Origin: Octopus vulgaris
Taxonomy: Eukaryota
Direction: 5' to 3'
DNA length: 64,000 nt
Assembly (NCBI GenBank): GCA_951406725.2
Contig: OX597831.1
Span: 66,402,001 to 66,466,000, forward strand
The notes under the pieces were generated by a model. It worked only from the letters and a program-made list of their open reading frames with translations, was not told the origin of the DNA and ran no database searches. The stretch's first letter is position 1. Each line of letters opens with the position of its first letter. This document shows, one piece after another, positions 40,047-51,299 of this stretch. The translations under genes and the position numbers were made by a program.

Positions 40047-40859
40047 ATAGTGGTGTTGGAAAATTTGATTTGTGCATATTAATTTCCATTATGTCCTTTA
40101 TATTGTATCAAAATTTCATGCATTTATTTGTAAAGTTAAGGAAGTTCTTAAAAACTGAAACCCATCGAGTTTTGGGACACTCTGTATTTTGAGGGTAAGT
40201 TCTTTCTACAGTGAGGTTAAACTTTGTTTCTTGTACAGAAGAATGCTTAGTTCCAGTTTCTGACCCCAAACAACATTATTTGAATTGTGATTCCATTTGA
40301 TTTAAGATTTAGTGACAGTTTGAATATTTGCAGCGTAAGAGTTAAAGAAGCGAATGAAGGTAAATGCTGTGATGGATCAGTGTGGATAGGAAAATTTATA
40401 TGCAAAAATTGAGAGATGGATGGAGTCATACGAAGCATCATAAAATGCTTTGCTGATGTAGGGGACAACAACATTGCTTTCAATGAAATATTCAAAGGTA
40501 AGACACCACTGATGTTCGACACAGTAAGTTTCTATTAGAAACTGCATGGCTGTGATTAGAGAATTTAACGAGTACAGTGAGGTAGATAAATTTAAGTGTG
40601 TTGGTCAGGGACAGAGGTAGATGTAAAAATTATGAATGCAGACAGTTTAATATAGATTTATATGATATTAATATTGGAAATACATAGCAAATCATAGAAA
40701 TAATGAAGCTTAGTGAGAATATTTCTGAGAATTCACTTTCAAACGTAAATAAGTTGATTTGAATTATTAATTCAATATTGATTAATCATTCTAAAAACAA
40801 GCTTGAAACAAAGTTAGCAATGTTAATGAGTCTTCTACTTTCTTTGGGTAAGAAGAATT

Positions 40860-41273
40860 GGATCTTTTCAGTTTGACCGGCAGTTTTTAACATAATTTCT
40901 AGGTAAATAAAAAATTTTAAACTTCATATATTGGTAGAATGTGTTTATAAAACATCTTTTTCTCTTGGCTTTAATTGAGAAAATTCTATAGTTTGTAAGA
41001 TATTTGTTGTTTTTTTTTCTTCAATTTCTGCAATTTCAACCAATCACTGACGTCTATTGAGGTAAAAAAACATTCTGTGCCATATGAATATGTCCCTCGT
41101 TTAAGAAACAGATTGGGTTTATTTACATTTGTGAAGAAAAAAAGATACCCTTCCCCCCACCCCTAACCCTAAAATAGATTGAAATGCAATAGATCGATAC
41201 TTGGGTCATAATTATGGGTGACAATTTCATATGACACCGCTAGAAAAAACTGCCATTCAAACCGAAAAGATCC
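40860..41273. mobile_element. Second copy of the 30661-31080 MITE, opposite orientation
   Basis: Same TIRs and interior, reverse-complemented. Confidence 0.88.
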
Positions 41274-41960
41274 CAATAAAGTTTAGTGAATATATTTCTG
41301 AGAATTCACTTTCAAACGTAAATAAGTTGATTTGAATTATTAATTCAATATTGATTAATCATTCTAAAAACAAGCTTGAAACAAAGTTAGCAATGTTAAT
41401 GAGTCTTCTACTTTCTTTGGGTAAGAAGAATTTAAGAGCTGTTTTGAAGATCAGCAAACAATGATACTTTTAAGTAATGGCTTGCGCTTAGTTTAAAACA
41501 TCTGATAAATGATAACTTGTTTATGTTAATTTCATGTTAATAATGCCAAAATGTTTTTAAAAATATTTTTCAGCAATAGTAAAAAAAGTTACAAATCATA
41601 GTCTACTATTTTGTATAAAGCACTGATTGAATACAGTTGTCCCTTATACACAGAAAGGTGGAATAACCACGGCCGACATGCTTTTGATGATATACCTGAG
41701 TAAGGCAGACTTGATAAATAATCCATTTTCCTTGTCAGGAGGAAGGTGAGTTTGAAAACCCAGTTCAAAAATGATCAAAAAATTAGAAGTGTGAAGAGAT
41801 AGAGACAAAGAGCAGAGAAGAAAGACAAAGGTGTAGAAAGGAAGAAATAAAAGAATGGAGAACAGAAGTAATATGAGGATAAACGGATGAACAGAGAGTT
41901 GGCAGTAAAAAGCAGTGGAGAGAGCATTAATGTTGATTCCTCTATGGTAGCTTGGACCAT

Positions 41961-42589
41961 AGAATGTACATTCTATTTTAGAATGTATCCTGTGTGAAAA
42001 GTCTGGCTGCATACACATTAGCCTATGTCAGGTGCATACAATTGACAACACAGTTAATTAAGATTTATTCAGTTAGTTCTATTCAACACCTGTTTACACG
42101 TGGAATTAGCAGAATCATTATTAACTTTAGATGGCTCGCAGGTGAGGTGAACAAAGTAGTGAGATAGAGATAGACTGGCAATACTTCTACGCTACCAGCA
42201 GATTAAAGATGGGGGTCACAAATGAAACAGTGAGTGATCTTTGCAATGCCTTTCAAGTAGACCGCAATATACCAACGTGAATTTATAAAAATGCGACTCT
42301 TCGTGGAACAATACAGCCAAAACAGCGTTCTGGGCAACCAAGCCTTGTCAAAAATGCTGCTATGCAAGAAAGAATGGTCAATGCTATTCGTGAAAGGCGT
42401 ACTGCAACCAGTAGACAACTTGGTAGAAATAACATCAAACTCGTGTTTGGCGTCAAATAGTTGACTGTCGTGGTGGTAACAGATTCGTGTAATAAATTTT
42501 GTGTTTATTTTTGTTTCATAATATATAGTTTTTCGGATGCAGCCAGACTTTTCACACAGAATGCACATTCTATTTTAGAATGTACATTC
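41961..42589. mobile_element. Unclassified TIR element
   Basis: About 50-bp imperfect inverted termini gaatgtacattct..tgtgtgaaaagtctggctgcat. Confidence 0.65.
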
Positions 42590-43425
42590 GCTTTTGTAAA
42601 CAAGCTGTAAAAGTCTCCGATTTGACATTTAAATACATTCCTGATGTGAGGCAGGTCTGAAGTAGTCATTACTTTGCCACAATATACAGTCTACATATTC
42701 TGCAGCCATTGAAGTAAGGCTTACATTTCTCTTAACAGCCTCCATTTGATAGCAAAGTTTTCAACCTTCTCTTTCAACTGATTATGTACTCAACTAGGAA
42801 GTGAAGTTCTGCTTCTCAACATACATGAACGATATGGTGTTTCTTGTACAGACCCTCTATCAGTCTGATAATGAAAGTCATGCTGAGTGTGTGATTTGAC
42901 CCTCAGGATCTGATTTAAGTGCCATTACACAAAGGCATCTACATTATAGTGAGCACTGAACAAGCAAGTAGTGGTGTCTCTACAAGAACAATCAGTCACA
43001 GTGCTAGAGATGGGCTTATAATCATCATCATTACTATCTTCATTTAACATCCATGTTCCATGTAGGCATGGGTTGGACAATTTCATATGGATCTGATGGG
43101 TCTAAAGACTGTCTCATGCTCCAGTGTCAGCTTTCGCAAAACTTCTATGGCTGGATGCCCATCCTAATGCCAACCACTTTGCAGTGTGTACTTGGTGCTT
43201 TGTCATACCACCAGTATGACTGTCATCACCAAGTAGCAGCTTCCGTGATGAGGATGCAACTGTGGGAAATATTAACCCTTTGCCTAAAAAATTCCCATAA
43301 CAAATTTCATCTGATAAGCATGGAAAAATCAGATGTTAAAAAAGTTGATGATAAAATATATGTAACATGTGATGCTAATAGTGACTCCTACTCCAAACTT
43401 TTGTCATTAAAACTTGCTTCTCAAA

Positions 43426-43468
<43 letters not shown>

Positions 43469-43471
<3 letters not shown>

Positions 43472-43655
43472 AGAGTTTACGAAAAACACAAAAGATGAAG
43501 ACAGGTGGTGTACAAAACAAACAGATGTATTAGTATAACGCTCAGGAATAGAAAAAGTAATTTACGTTTCGAGCCTACGCTCTTCTACAGAAAGGGACAC
43601 AGAAAAAACAAGGAGAGAAAAAAAATGTGTGTAGTGGCTAATGATCTATCATGGC

Positions 43656-43658
<3 letters not shown>
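43469..43658 (-). mobile_element. About 190-bp element inside (TA)n with hammerhead-like motif (copy 3)
   Basis: Flanked both sides by (TA)n; minus reads ttt-CTGTAGA-a-gagcgtaggctc-GAAAC-GTA-aa. Confidence 0.8.
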
Positions 43659-43712
<54 letters not shown>

Positions 43713-43908
43713 TATAAGTAGGTGAATGAATTATCCTATGTTTATCATCAGCATGGAAAATTCGTTTAACCGAAACCTGGGTAGCAAATTCACGATTGAA
43801 GCGACCTGTCAAGGGTTGAAACTCCAGGTTCATGTGCAGAAATTTGTGTGTTGTATATAAATAAATGAAAGAATGGAGTTGAACGAAGATGTTAACAAAA
43901 TTCCTTTA

Positions 43909-43990
43909 CTCTCGACATATGTTTCGAAGACAGCATATTTTCATTCCAAAGGAATAAAGGGTGCATTATGCAATCTTCTCATCAGGAAAG
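43909..43990 (-). ncRNA. Minimal type-I hammerhead ribozyme motif (GUC), sense to the host pre-mRNA
   Basis: ctttc-CTGATGA-gaaga..tcttc-GAAAC-atat-GTC-gagag on minus. Confidence 0.86.
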
Positions 43991-44191
43991 AAAGGGAGCC
44001 TCTCTCGACAAAAAGACAAACAAAAAATTTCGATGATTGCCTACATGGTAAACAAAGCAATAATGAGTGCTTTTTTAAAAAAACCGTTAGAAGAATTGAC
44101 GTCAAAGATAGATAGTAGGAAGAGAAGGGAGAGCAAAAGTGTACGTACGCCACTTTTTTTGTTTGTCTTGTTGTCGAGAGAGGCGCCCTTT

Positions 44192-44273
44192 CTTTCCTGA
44201 TGAGAAGATTGCATAATGCACCCGTTATTCCTTTGGAATGAAAACATGCTGTCTTCGAAACATATGTTGAGAG
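44192..44273 (+). ncRNA. Minimal type-I hammerhead ribozyme motif (GUU), inverted twin
   Basis: ctttc-CTGATGA-gaaga..tcttc-GAAAC-atat-GTT-gagag. Confidence 0.83.
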
Positions 44274-44353
44274 TAAAGGAATTTTGTTAACATCTTCGTT
44301 CGACTCCATTCTTTCATTTATTCATATATATATATATATATATATATACATTT

Positions 44354-44391
<38 letters not shown>

Positions 44392-44745
44392 TGTATATGC
44401 ATAGTTTTATTAATATTTAGCAGAAGCAACAGAGTGACTCAAGGGCTGAGAGTTTTGTGTTTGATAAGTGCCAATGCACAAAACTCTCGGCCCAAGTCAC
44501 TCTGTTCCTTCTGCTAAATATTAATAAAAAATACATATATATTCGTATTTTGACTTCTATTTCATCCTGTTTGCATCACCATATCTATATTATATATACA
44601 TATATTTTTACACACATACACAAATATGTACATATGAGCCTGCATGAGAGACAGCAACAGAGAGTAAGCAGGGAAAGAAAGAATGAATGAAAAACAAGTG
44701 AACATGTATTAGGAGTAACTATATAAAGTGGAATCTTCCATTTAC

Positions 44746-44836
44746 CAATTCCAGCTAATAGAGAATCCAAAGCTGTCTGCACTGTTCCATACTGTGTGAT
44801 GGCAGCTTCAGCCTGCAATTTTGTAAAACCCATTTC
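44746..44836 (-). CDS. Host gene exon, UBA-like EMGFTKLQAEAAITQYGTVQTALDSLLAGI
   Basis: ttccAG acceptor, GTaaat donor, 91 nt; MGF..AL..LL UBA signature. Confidence 0.9.
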
Positions 44837-44930
44837 CTGGAACATTTCAAAAAAGTAAATATAGAAATGATCAGCATTATTTATATTTTTGTTTCAAAAG
44901 GTTACATCCACCTTTGCAAAAATTTCCTAC

Positions 44931-44966
<36 letters not shown>

Positions 44967-45789
44967 GTGTGTGCACGTGTACACGTGCGTATTGATGAAT
45001 TGTATTAGTATCGTACTAATGTGAAATGCTATAAAGTAAAAGCAATATTGTTAGATAAAGTGGAATAATAGTGTGTGTGTGTGTTTGGGTGTGTGTGTGT
45101 GTGTGTGTTTCAAATTTTGGTACAAGACCAGCAGTTTTGGGGGAGGGCATAAGTTGATTACATCAGCCTCAGTACGTAACTGATACTTATTTTATTGGCC
45201 TCAAAAAGAGAAAAGGCAAAGTCGACCTTAGTAGAATTTGAATTCAGAATGAGAAGATGGGACAAAATACCACTAAGTATTTTGTCCTGTATGGTAGCTT
45301 GTCACCTTAAATATGTGTGTTTGTGTGTGTGTGTTGTGAATAGATGTGAGAAGCTATGATGGAGAGTATGCAAACTTAACACCAGTTTAAAGATGCTTGA
45401 GAAATATTTGAACCTGTAATGGCTTTCCACTGCAATTTGTTATGAAGAAAAAAATTCTCACTTAAGACTGAGCGATTTCTGATAAAGAAAGTTTCACTTC
45501 CTGGTTCAAAGTTGCCTCATTTGGTATCTGCTGCTGAAGGGAACTAGTGATTTGGAAATGCACCCAAGAAGCCTTAGAGGGTGCTCTGAGTTAACTAAAG
45601 TGTTATAAAACCTTTTTGTCCTTTGGACGAGAAATTTTTTCTCCTCAACAAACTAGAGTGAAAAGCACTTGCAAGTTCAAATCTCTCTCAAACATTTTGA
45701 ACTGGTCTTAAATGTGTGTATATGTATGTATGTATGTGGTGGGGGATAGATAGATAATAGAGAGAGACAGACAGACAGACAGACAGGTA

Positions 45790-46520
45790 TCCATAGTTCA
45801 CATCCCTGAGCAATTTGGTTAATGGGTTCATTTCAACATCACTGAATGCTTTTTCATAGTCAACAAATGCAAATCTCAGAGGCATCTGGTATTCTTTCAT
45901 TTATTCTGTAAGCTGTGTTAAAGTTAATATGTGATCCCTCATATTGTATTTCTTACAGAAACTTCCCTGTTCCCTCAGTAATTGGTCATCAAGATGTTTT
46001 GATAGTCTGGTAACTATGATCTTTGTAAACAGCTAATAGAGGTGAGACGAGGCATGTGGAGCAATCATTTCTAAGGTCTTCTTTATCACACTTCGCAGGA
46101 AGAAAGATAGTATTTCACTCTTTCCACAGCAAATGTATTTTACCCTTCTTTAGATAGTGATTGAAGCACAGAACAAGGGTTTTCCACAGCCCTTCACCTC
46201 CACACCTTAACATCTCTACTGTCATGCTATATTTTCCTGGAGCTTTATCTGTTTCCATCAGCTTGAAGATATTTCCAATTTTACTGACCATAATAGGTGG
46301 CACTTTTTCCAACATTTGTGATTGTGGAGGATCAAGCTTCACCGATGATGATTTGAAAACATTGATGTAGAAGGTTTCCCATGCCTCTTCCATCCTAACT
46401 TTATCTGTCACTGTGAGTCTGTCCATGTTCTTAAGTGCCATCGCCTCTGACTTACAGACTGCCAGCTCTCTCCTGCATTTTTTTTTTAGACATTTTCTTT
46501 CTTCAGTAGCCTGCATCAGC
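45790..46520 (-). mobile_element. Decayed RTE-clade RT of a different family
   Basis: KAPG..VEML, EYQMPLRFAFVDYEKAF. Confidence 0.8.
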
Positions 46521-46821
46521 TATTCAATCTACAATTCTTGAAGTCATTTTCTAGATGTTGTCAGATTGTTTTTCAGAGAAGGGAATACTCATATCACCAC
46601 TAGTATGAGTTCCAGTCGGGAAACACATCAAAATAGGAGATACTGTCTTTCCAAAGCATGTCATAGCTTGTCTAGAAATGACAATCAGAGATATTGACTG
46701 GACAGGTGGCATCAATATCAAGGGTGAGCTTCTAATACACCTCCAATCCAAAGATGACAGCATATTCGTCACTGAAACTACAGATCAGCTCAGACCATGC
46801 TGACAGAGCTAGACATCCATA

Positions 46822-47038
46822 CCTATTTCTTTACTACCCACAAGGGGCTAAACACAGAGGGGACAAACAAGGACAGACAAAGGGATTAAGTCGATTACAA
46901 CGACCCTAGTGCGTAACTGGTACTTAATTTATCGACCCCGAAAGGATGAAAGGCAAAGTCGACCTCAGCGGAATTTGAACTCGTAACGACAGACGAAATA
47001 CGGCTACGCATTTTGCCCGGCGTGCTAACATTTCTGCC
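46822..47038 (-). mobile_element. SINE with 15-bp TSD
   Basis: agctagacatccata at 46807-46821 and 47039-47053. Confidence 0.88.
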
Positions 47039-47158
47039 AGCTAGACATCCATAGCTCAGCAATATGCATGACACAAGACTGCATAGAAGTGGGAACCAAT
47101 GAAATTGAGACAGTAAAGGAATATGTCTACTTAGTGAATATGCAGTGAGACATGGATG

Positions 47159-47441
47159 TTGTTTGTTCCTTCTCGAGCCATGCCTGGCTCATAAGGGCCG
47201 GTTTCCCGGTTTCTTGGCGGATAGGTTCCCCACCTGGACGGGACACCGGTCCATCGCAGGAAAGAGTGAGAGAAAGTTGTGGCGAAAGAGTCAGCAGAAG
47301 TTTCGCCATTACCTTCTGCCGGATCCACATGGAGCTTAGGTGTTTCGCTCATAAACACACACATCGTCCGGTCTGAGATTCGAACCCGCGATCCCTCGAC
47401 TGCGAGTCCGCTGCTCTAACCACTAGGCCATGTGCCTCCAC
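47159..47441 (-). mobile_element. tRNA-derived SINE with 13-bp TSD
   Basis: Minus A box tggcctagtgg, B box ggttcgaatc; TSD tgagacatggatg. Confidence 0.9.
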
Positions 47442-47482
47442 TGAGACATGGATGCTTAAATCTCAAAGAGAAATAGGGTAGG

Positions 47483-48290
47483 ATGGAAGGCGTTTACCTC
47501 AATAAAGGACTGCACAAAGCAAAATTGGACAAGACCATAAATGTCAGATGCTCCAACAGCACCATCCTACCTGCATACTTATCTTGGGCTACAATCTCGG
47601 AAAAGATGCAAAAGATATGCAGTCCATATGACATCAAGACGGTATTCAAGAGTAATACAACACTCAGCAAATATCTCCAAGTAAAACTACTAATAGAAGA
47701 GGATATGACCAAAGACAGCGTGTACTCCATCACATGCAGTTGTGCTAGGTTATACAAAGGTGAAACATGCCGCCCCCTCAAAATAAGGGTAGAGGAACAT
47801 TATAAAGCTCTGACATGAGAAGATGTTGAAAAATCGGGTATAGCTGATCATGTATGGAAAAGCGGAAACCACCTTCCCCTGTGGATGAAGTTGGAATAAT
47901 AGACAGAGAACACCACTGGAAAATACAAAAACTAAAAAGAGGCAGCACATATGCTAGGACACAACAACCTCCTAAGCAGACTTAGTGCAGATATGAGTAG
48001 AATATGGGAACCAATAAGCCCTAAAATTCACTTTATAGTTGCCCATGGGCATATAGCATAATGGTTAAGAACACAGGCTACTAACCCCATGATTGCAAGT
48101 TCAATACCAGGCAGTGCCTTCAATAAACAATAATAACAACATCAGCATAAAAATGCCTTAAGAACAAGAACCCAGGGTTGGGTTCAAAATACTACCAGGA
48201 CACCTAATGAAGGCTGGAGAGTAAATCAGCCAAAACGTTGTGGTAACAACAAAGATGAGGACACCTATCTGTCCAATGAAAATAGCTTGA
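47483..48290 (+). mobile_element. PLE 3' part: GIY-YIG endonuclease followed by tRNA-like head and degenerate hammerhead
   Basis: SVYSITCSCARLYKGETCRPLKIRVEEH, SGIADHVW; cac-CTAATGA-a-ggctg..cagcc-AAAAC-GTT-gtg at 48201-48242. Confidence 0.8.
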
Positions 48291-48317
48291 GGAGATCCAT
48301 CGAGTCAAGTACACCAA

Positions 48318-48500
48318 AATCAATGGAAACTGCAGTTGCGATCCCTGTGCCGGTGGCACGTAAAAAGCACCATCCGAACGTGGTCGATGCCAGCGCCGCC
48401 TAGACTGGCTTCCGTGTCGGTGGCACGTAAAAAGCACCATCCGAACGTGGCCGATGCCTTGACTGGCTTCCATGCCGATGGCACATAAAAAGCACCAATA
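48318..48500 (+). mobile_element. RTE 3' UTR module array fragment lacking the terminal module
   Basis: Three gtg.cggtggcacgtaaaaagcacc-type units. Confidence 0.8.
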
Positions 48501-48520
48501 AGCATAAGCTTATTATATAC

Positions 48521-48594
<74 letters not shown>

Positions 48595-48621
48595 GTATAC
48601 ATACATATACGTATACATATA

Positions 48622-49060
48622 CAGGGGTTGGACAAAATAAAGGAAACACCTAGCATCATAATTTTCAAATATCTATAAAACCATTAAAAGCTTATTTATT
48701 TTTATGTTTTTTTGATTTATTATTATGTTGCTTAATATGGTTTGCTAAAATTGCTGTTTCTTTTCAGATATCCTCAGAAAAAGGTAATTAAAATTCATTA
48801 AAATGACAGATCTATGGAACTTTCAAAGAGGTCAAATTGCTGGTGCTTGTATCGCAGGTGCTAGCGCAACGAAAACAGATAAAATGTTAAGTGTATCAAG
48901 AAGTACTATCTCGAAAATAATGACAGCTTTTGAGAAAGAAGGAAAAACCTCCTCATCAAAGCAAAACTACGGAAGAGGACCAAAACTTTGAGACGAGCCG
49001 TTGGACTCTTACGCGAATTGTTAGAAAGGATCACAAAAGTACGGCTCCCAAAATTACTGC
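48622..49060 (+). mobile_element. Tc1 transposon 5' fragment
   Basis: TA-caggggttggacaaaa TIR start; [27 protein letters not shown] region; ends at (TA)n. Confidence 0.85.
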
Positions 49061-49604
<544 letters not shown>

Positions 49605-49830
49605 AGAAATATTAAAATTACTAAGTCTCTCTAAAAGAGAACACGGCAGCGTTCCCGGAAAATAATAGTTATCGCCATACTAATATGGCATTCTTATGAA
49701 AATAAGAATAAAGCTGTCCGCTTATTAGCTCCATGAGGCCATCGCCTTAAGTTAGCTATTTGATACACAAACTGTATCCATATAACCTTCGAACAAGGGA
49801 GGTCAGTCGCTCCACACTACTTGACCGACA

Positions 49831-49872
49831 GCTACAGATGCGTTTCGGGGTATTGCCCCTTTTCAATGTAGC
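49831..49872 (-). ncRNA. Minimal hammerhead motif with U3-A8 variant core
   Basis: gctaca-TTGAAAA-gggg caata cccc-GAAAC-gc-ATC-tgtagc on minus. Confidence 0.65.
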
Positions 49873-49992
49873 GTAGTCAGACCAGTAGGTGTCGCTTCTG
49901 ACAATTTCTGTTCGAAGGTTTTATTTACCTAGTTTCGGTGGAATACATCCACTTGTTTTCAATAATAGAAATATTAAAATTACTAAGTCTCT

Positions 49993-50032
49993 CTACATCG
50001 AAAAGGGGCAATACCCCGAAACGCGTCTGTAG
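49993..50032 (+). ncRNA. Inverted twin of the U3-A8 hammerhead motif
   Basis: ctaca-TCGAAAA-gggg caata cccc-GAAAC-gc-GTC-tgtag. Confidence 0.6.
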
Positions 50033-50607
50033 CTGTCGGTCAAGTAGTGTGGAGCGACTGACCTCCCTTGTTCGAAGGTTATATGGATACAGTTTGTGTA
50101 TCAAATAGCTAACTTAAGGCGATGGCCTCATGGAGCTAATAAGCGGACAGCTTTATTCTTATTTTTATAAGAATGCCATATTAGTATGGCGATAACTATT
50201 ATATATATATGCATATATATATATATATGGTGGCTGCTCCCTCGTTATCGAGTATGGCCATTGCACGAAGCTTAATCAATGTTGTTATCGTGCAATGTCT
50301 GTGAAAGAAGATTTTTTTTTTAAAGTGAGGAAAGGCTGTGTCAATCCCACTCACTAAGCAACAGCAACCATAATCCGAAAAGAAGTACAAGTCAACATCA
50401 TTGGTAACGACTGAGCCGTAGGTTTTATTTCGGAGTTATCCCAGTTACCTTCTCCTAGAAGGATGCCCTAACAAAGGCTAGGAGTCCTTCACTCCCAATG
50501 GTTTAACCGCGCGATCGGGTATTCAGTTCAATTATTTCTATGTCCCCGTGCATGATACAGCCTTAAGACATTTATTGGATGGCCGTTGACTCTCAAGAGT
50601 TCCTCTG

Positions 50608-50651
<44 letters not shown>

Positions 50652-50857
50652 ATATATATGTATGTACATATATGTATATATATATGCATATCTATATATT
50701 TTATTTATATTATATATACATATATATGTACATAAATTTAGATTCAGATGAATATGGTACTTAAGTTGAGGCACCAGAATTTAGTGTGGTTTTATCCATA
50801 CAATTTCAAAATAAGGTGATTAAAATCAAAATAAGCAACAAGGATATCCAGAGATAA

Positions 50858-50949
50858 TGCAGTACGATCATTTCATGCGACTCCATTTAATTGAACAATG
50901 CAATCATTTCATTACATCAATTTAAAATGTAGAGCAATCTTCAGCTGCA
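50858..50949 (-). ncRNA. Degenerate hammerhead motif (family shared with 60055-60140)
   Basis: tgcag-CTGAAGA-[long helix II]-GAAAT-gatc-GTA-ctgca on minus. Confidence 0.62.
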
Positions 50950-51299
50950 CAAAGACACAGAATTTAATTAAATTTGAAGGACACATTAGTATAATTTTAC
51001 CCCAAATCTCCAAGAGGATAAGGAGATAGACAAAGAACATGTTTTACCAATAACATCACAGTTCTAACTGAAATTCTTTTTCAAGAAGACAATGTTTTCA
51101 CTGATTTTTCTGTTATTTAGTTTTAATTACGGGGGGGGGGCAGTTTTATTTTATAGACTAGTTTATCAAATCTGAGAGAAGACAGAGGGTAGTATCTGTC
51201 TGGGGTAGAGTAGAGTTGGTGGAGTAGACATTCTAAATGGCATATTCATAAATCAAGATTTATTTGAAGCAATGTCATGAGGTTTAGTAAGAGAATACT

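Larger units (their letters stand above)
38490..40184. mobile_element. Tc1/mariner fold-back element built from two inverted right ends
   Basis: TA-cagggtgtccc..gggacactctg-TA; transposase C-terminus WPSCSPDL..FFLWGYLKERVY with a mirrored copy on the other strand; SINE and RTE tail nested. Confidence 0.85.
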
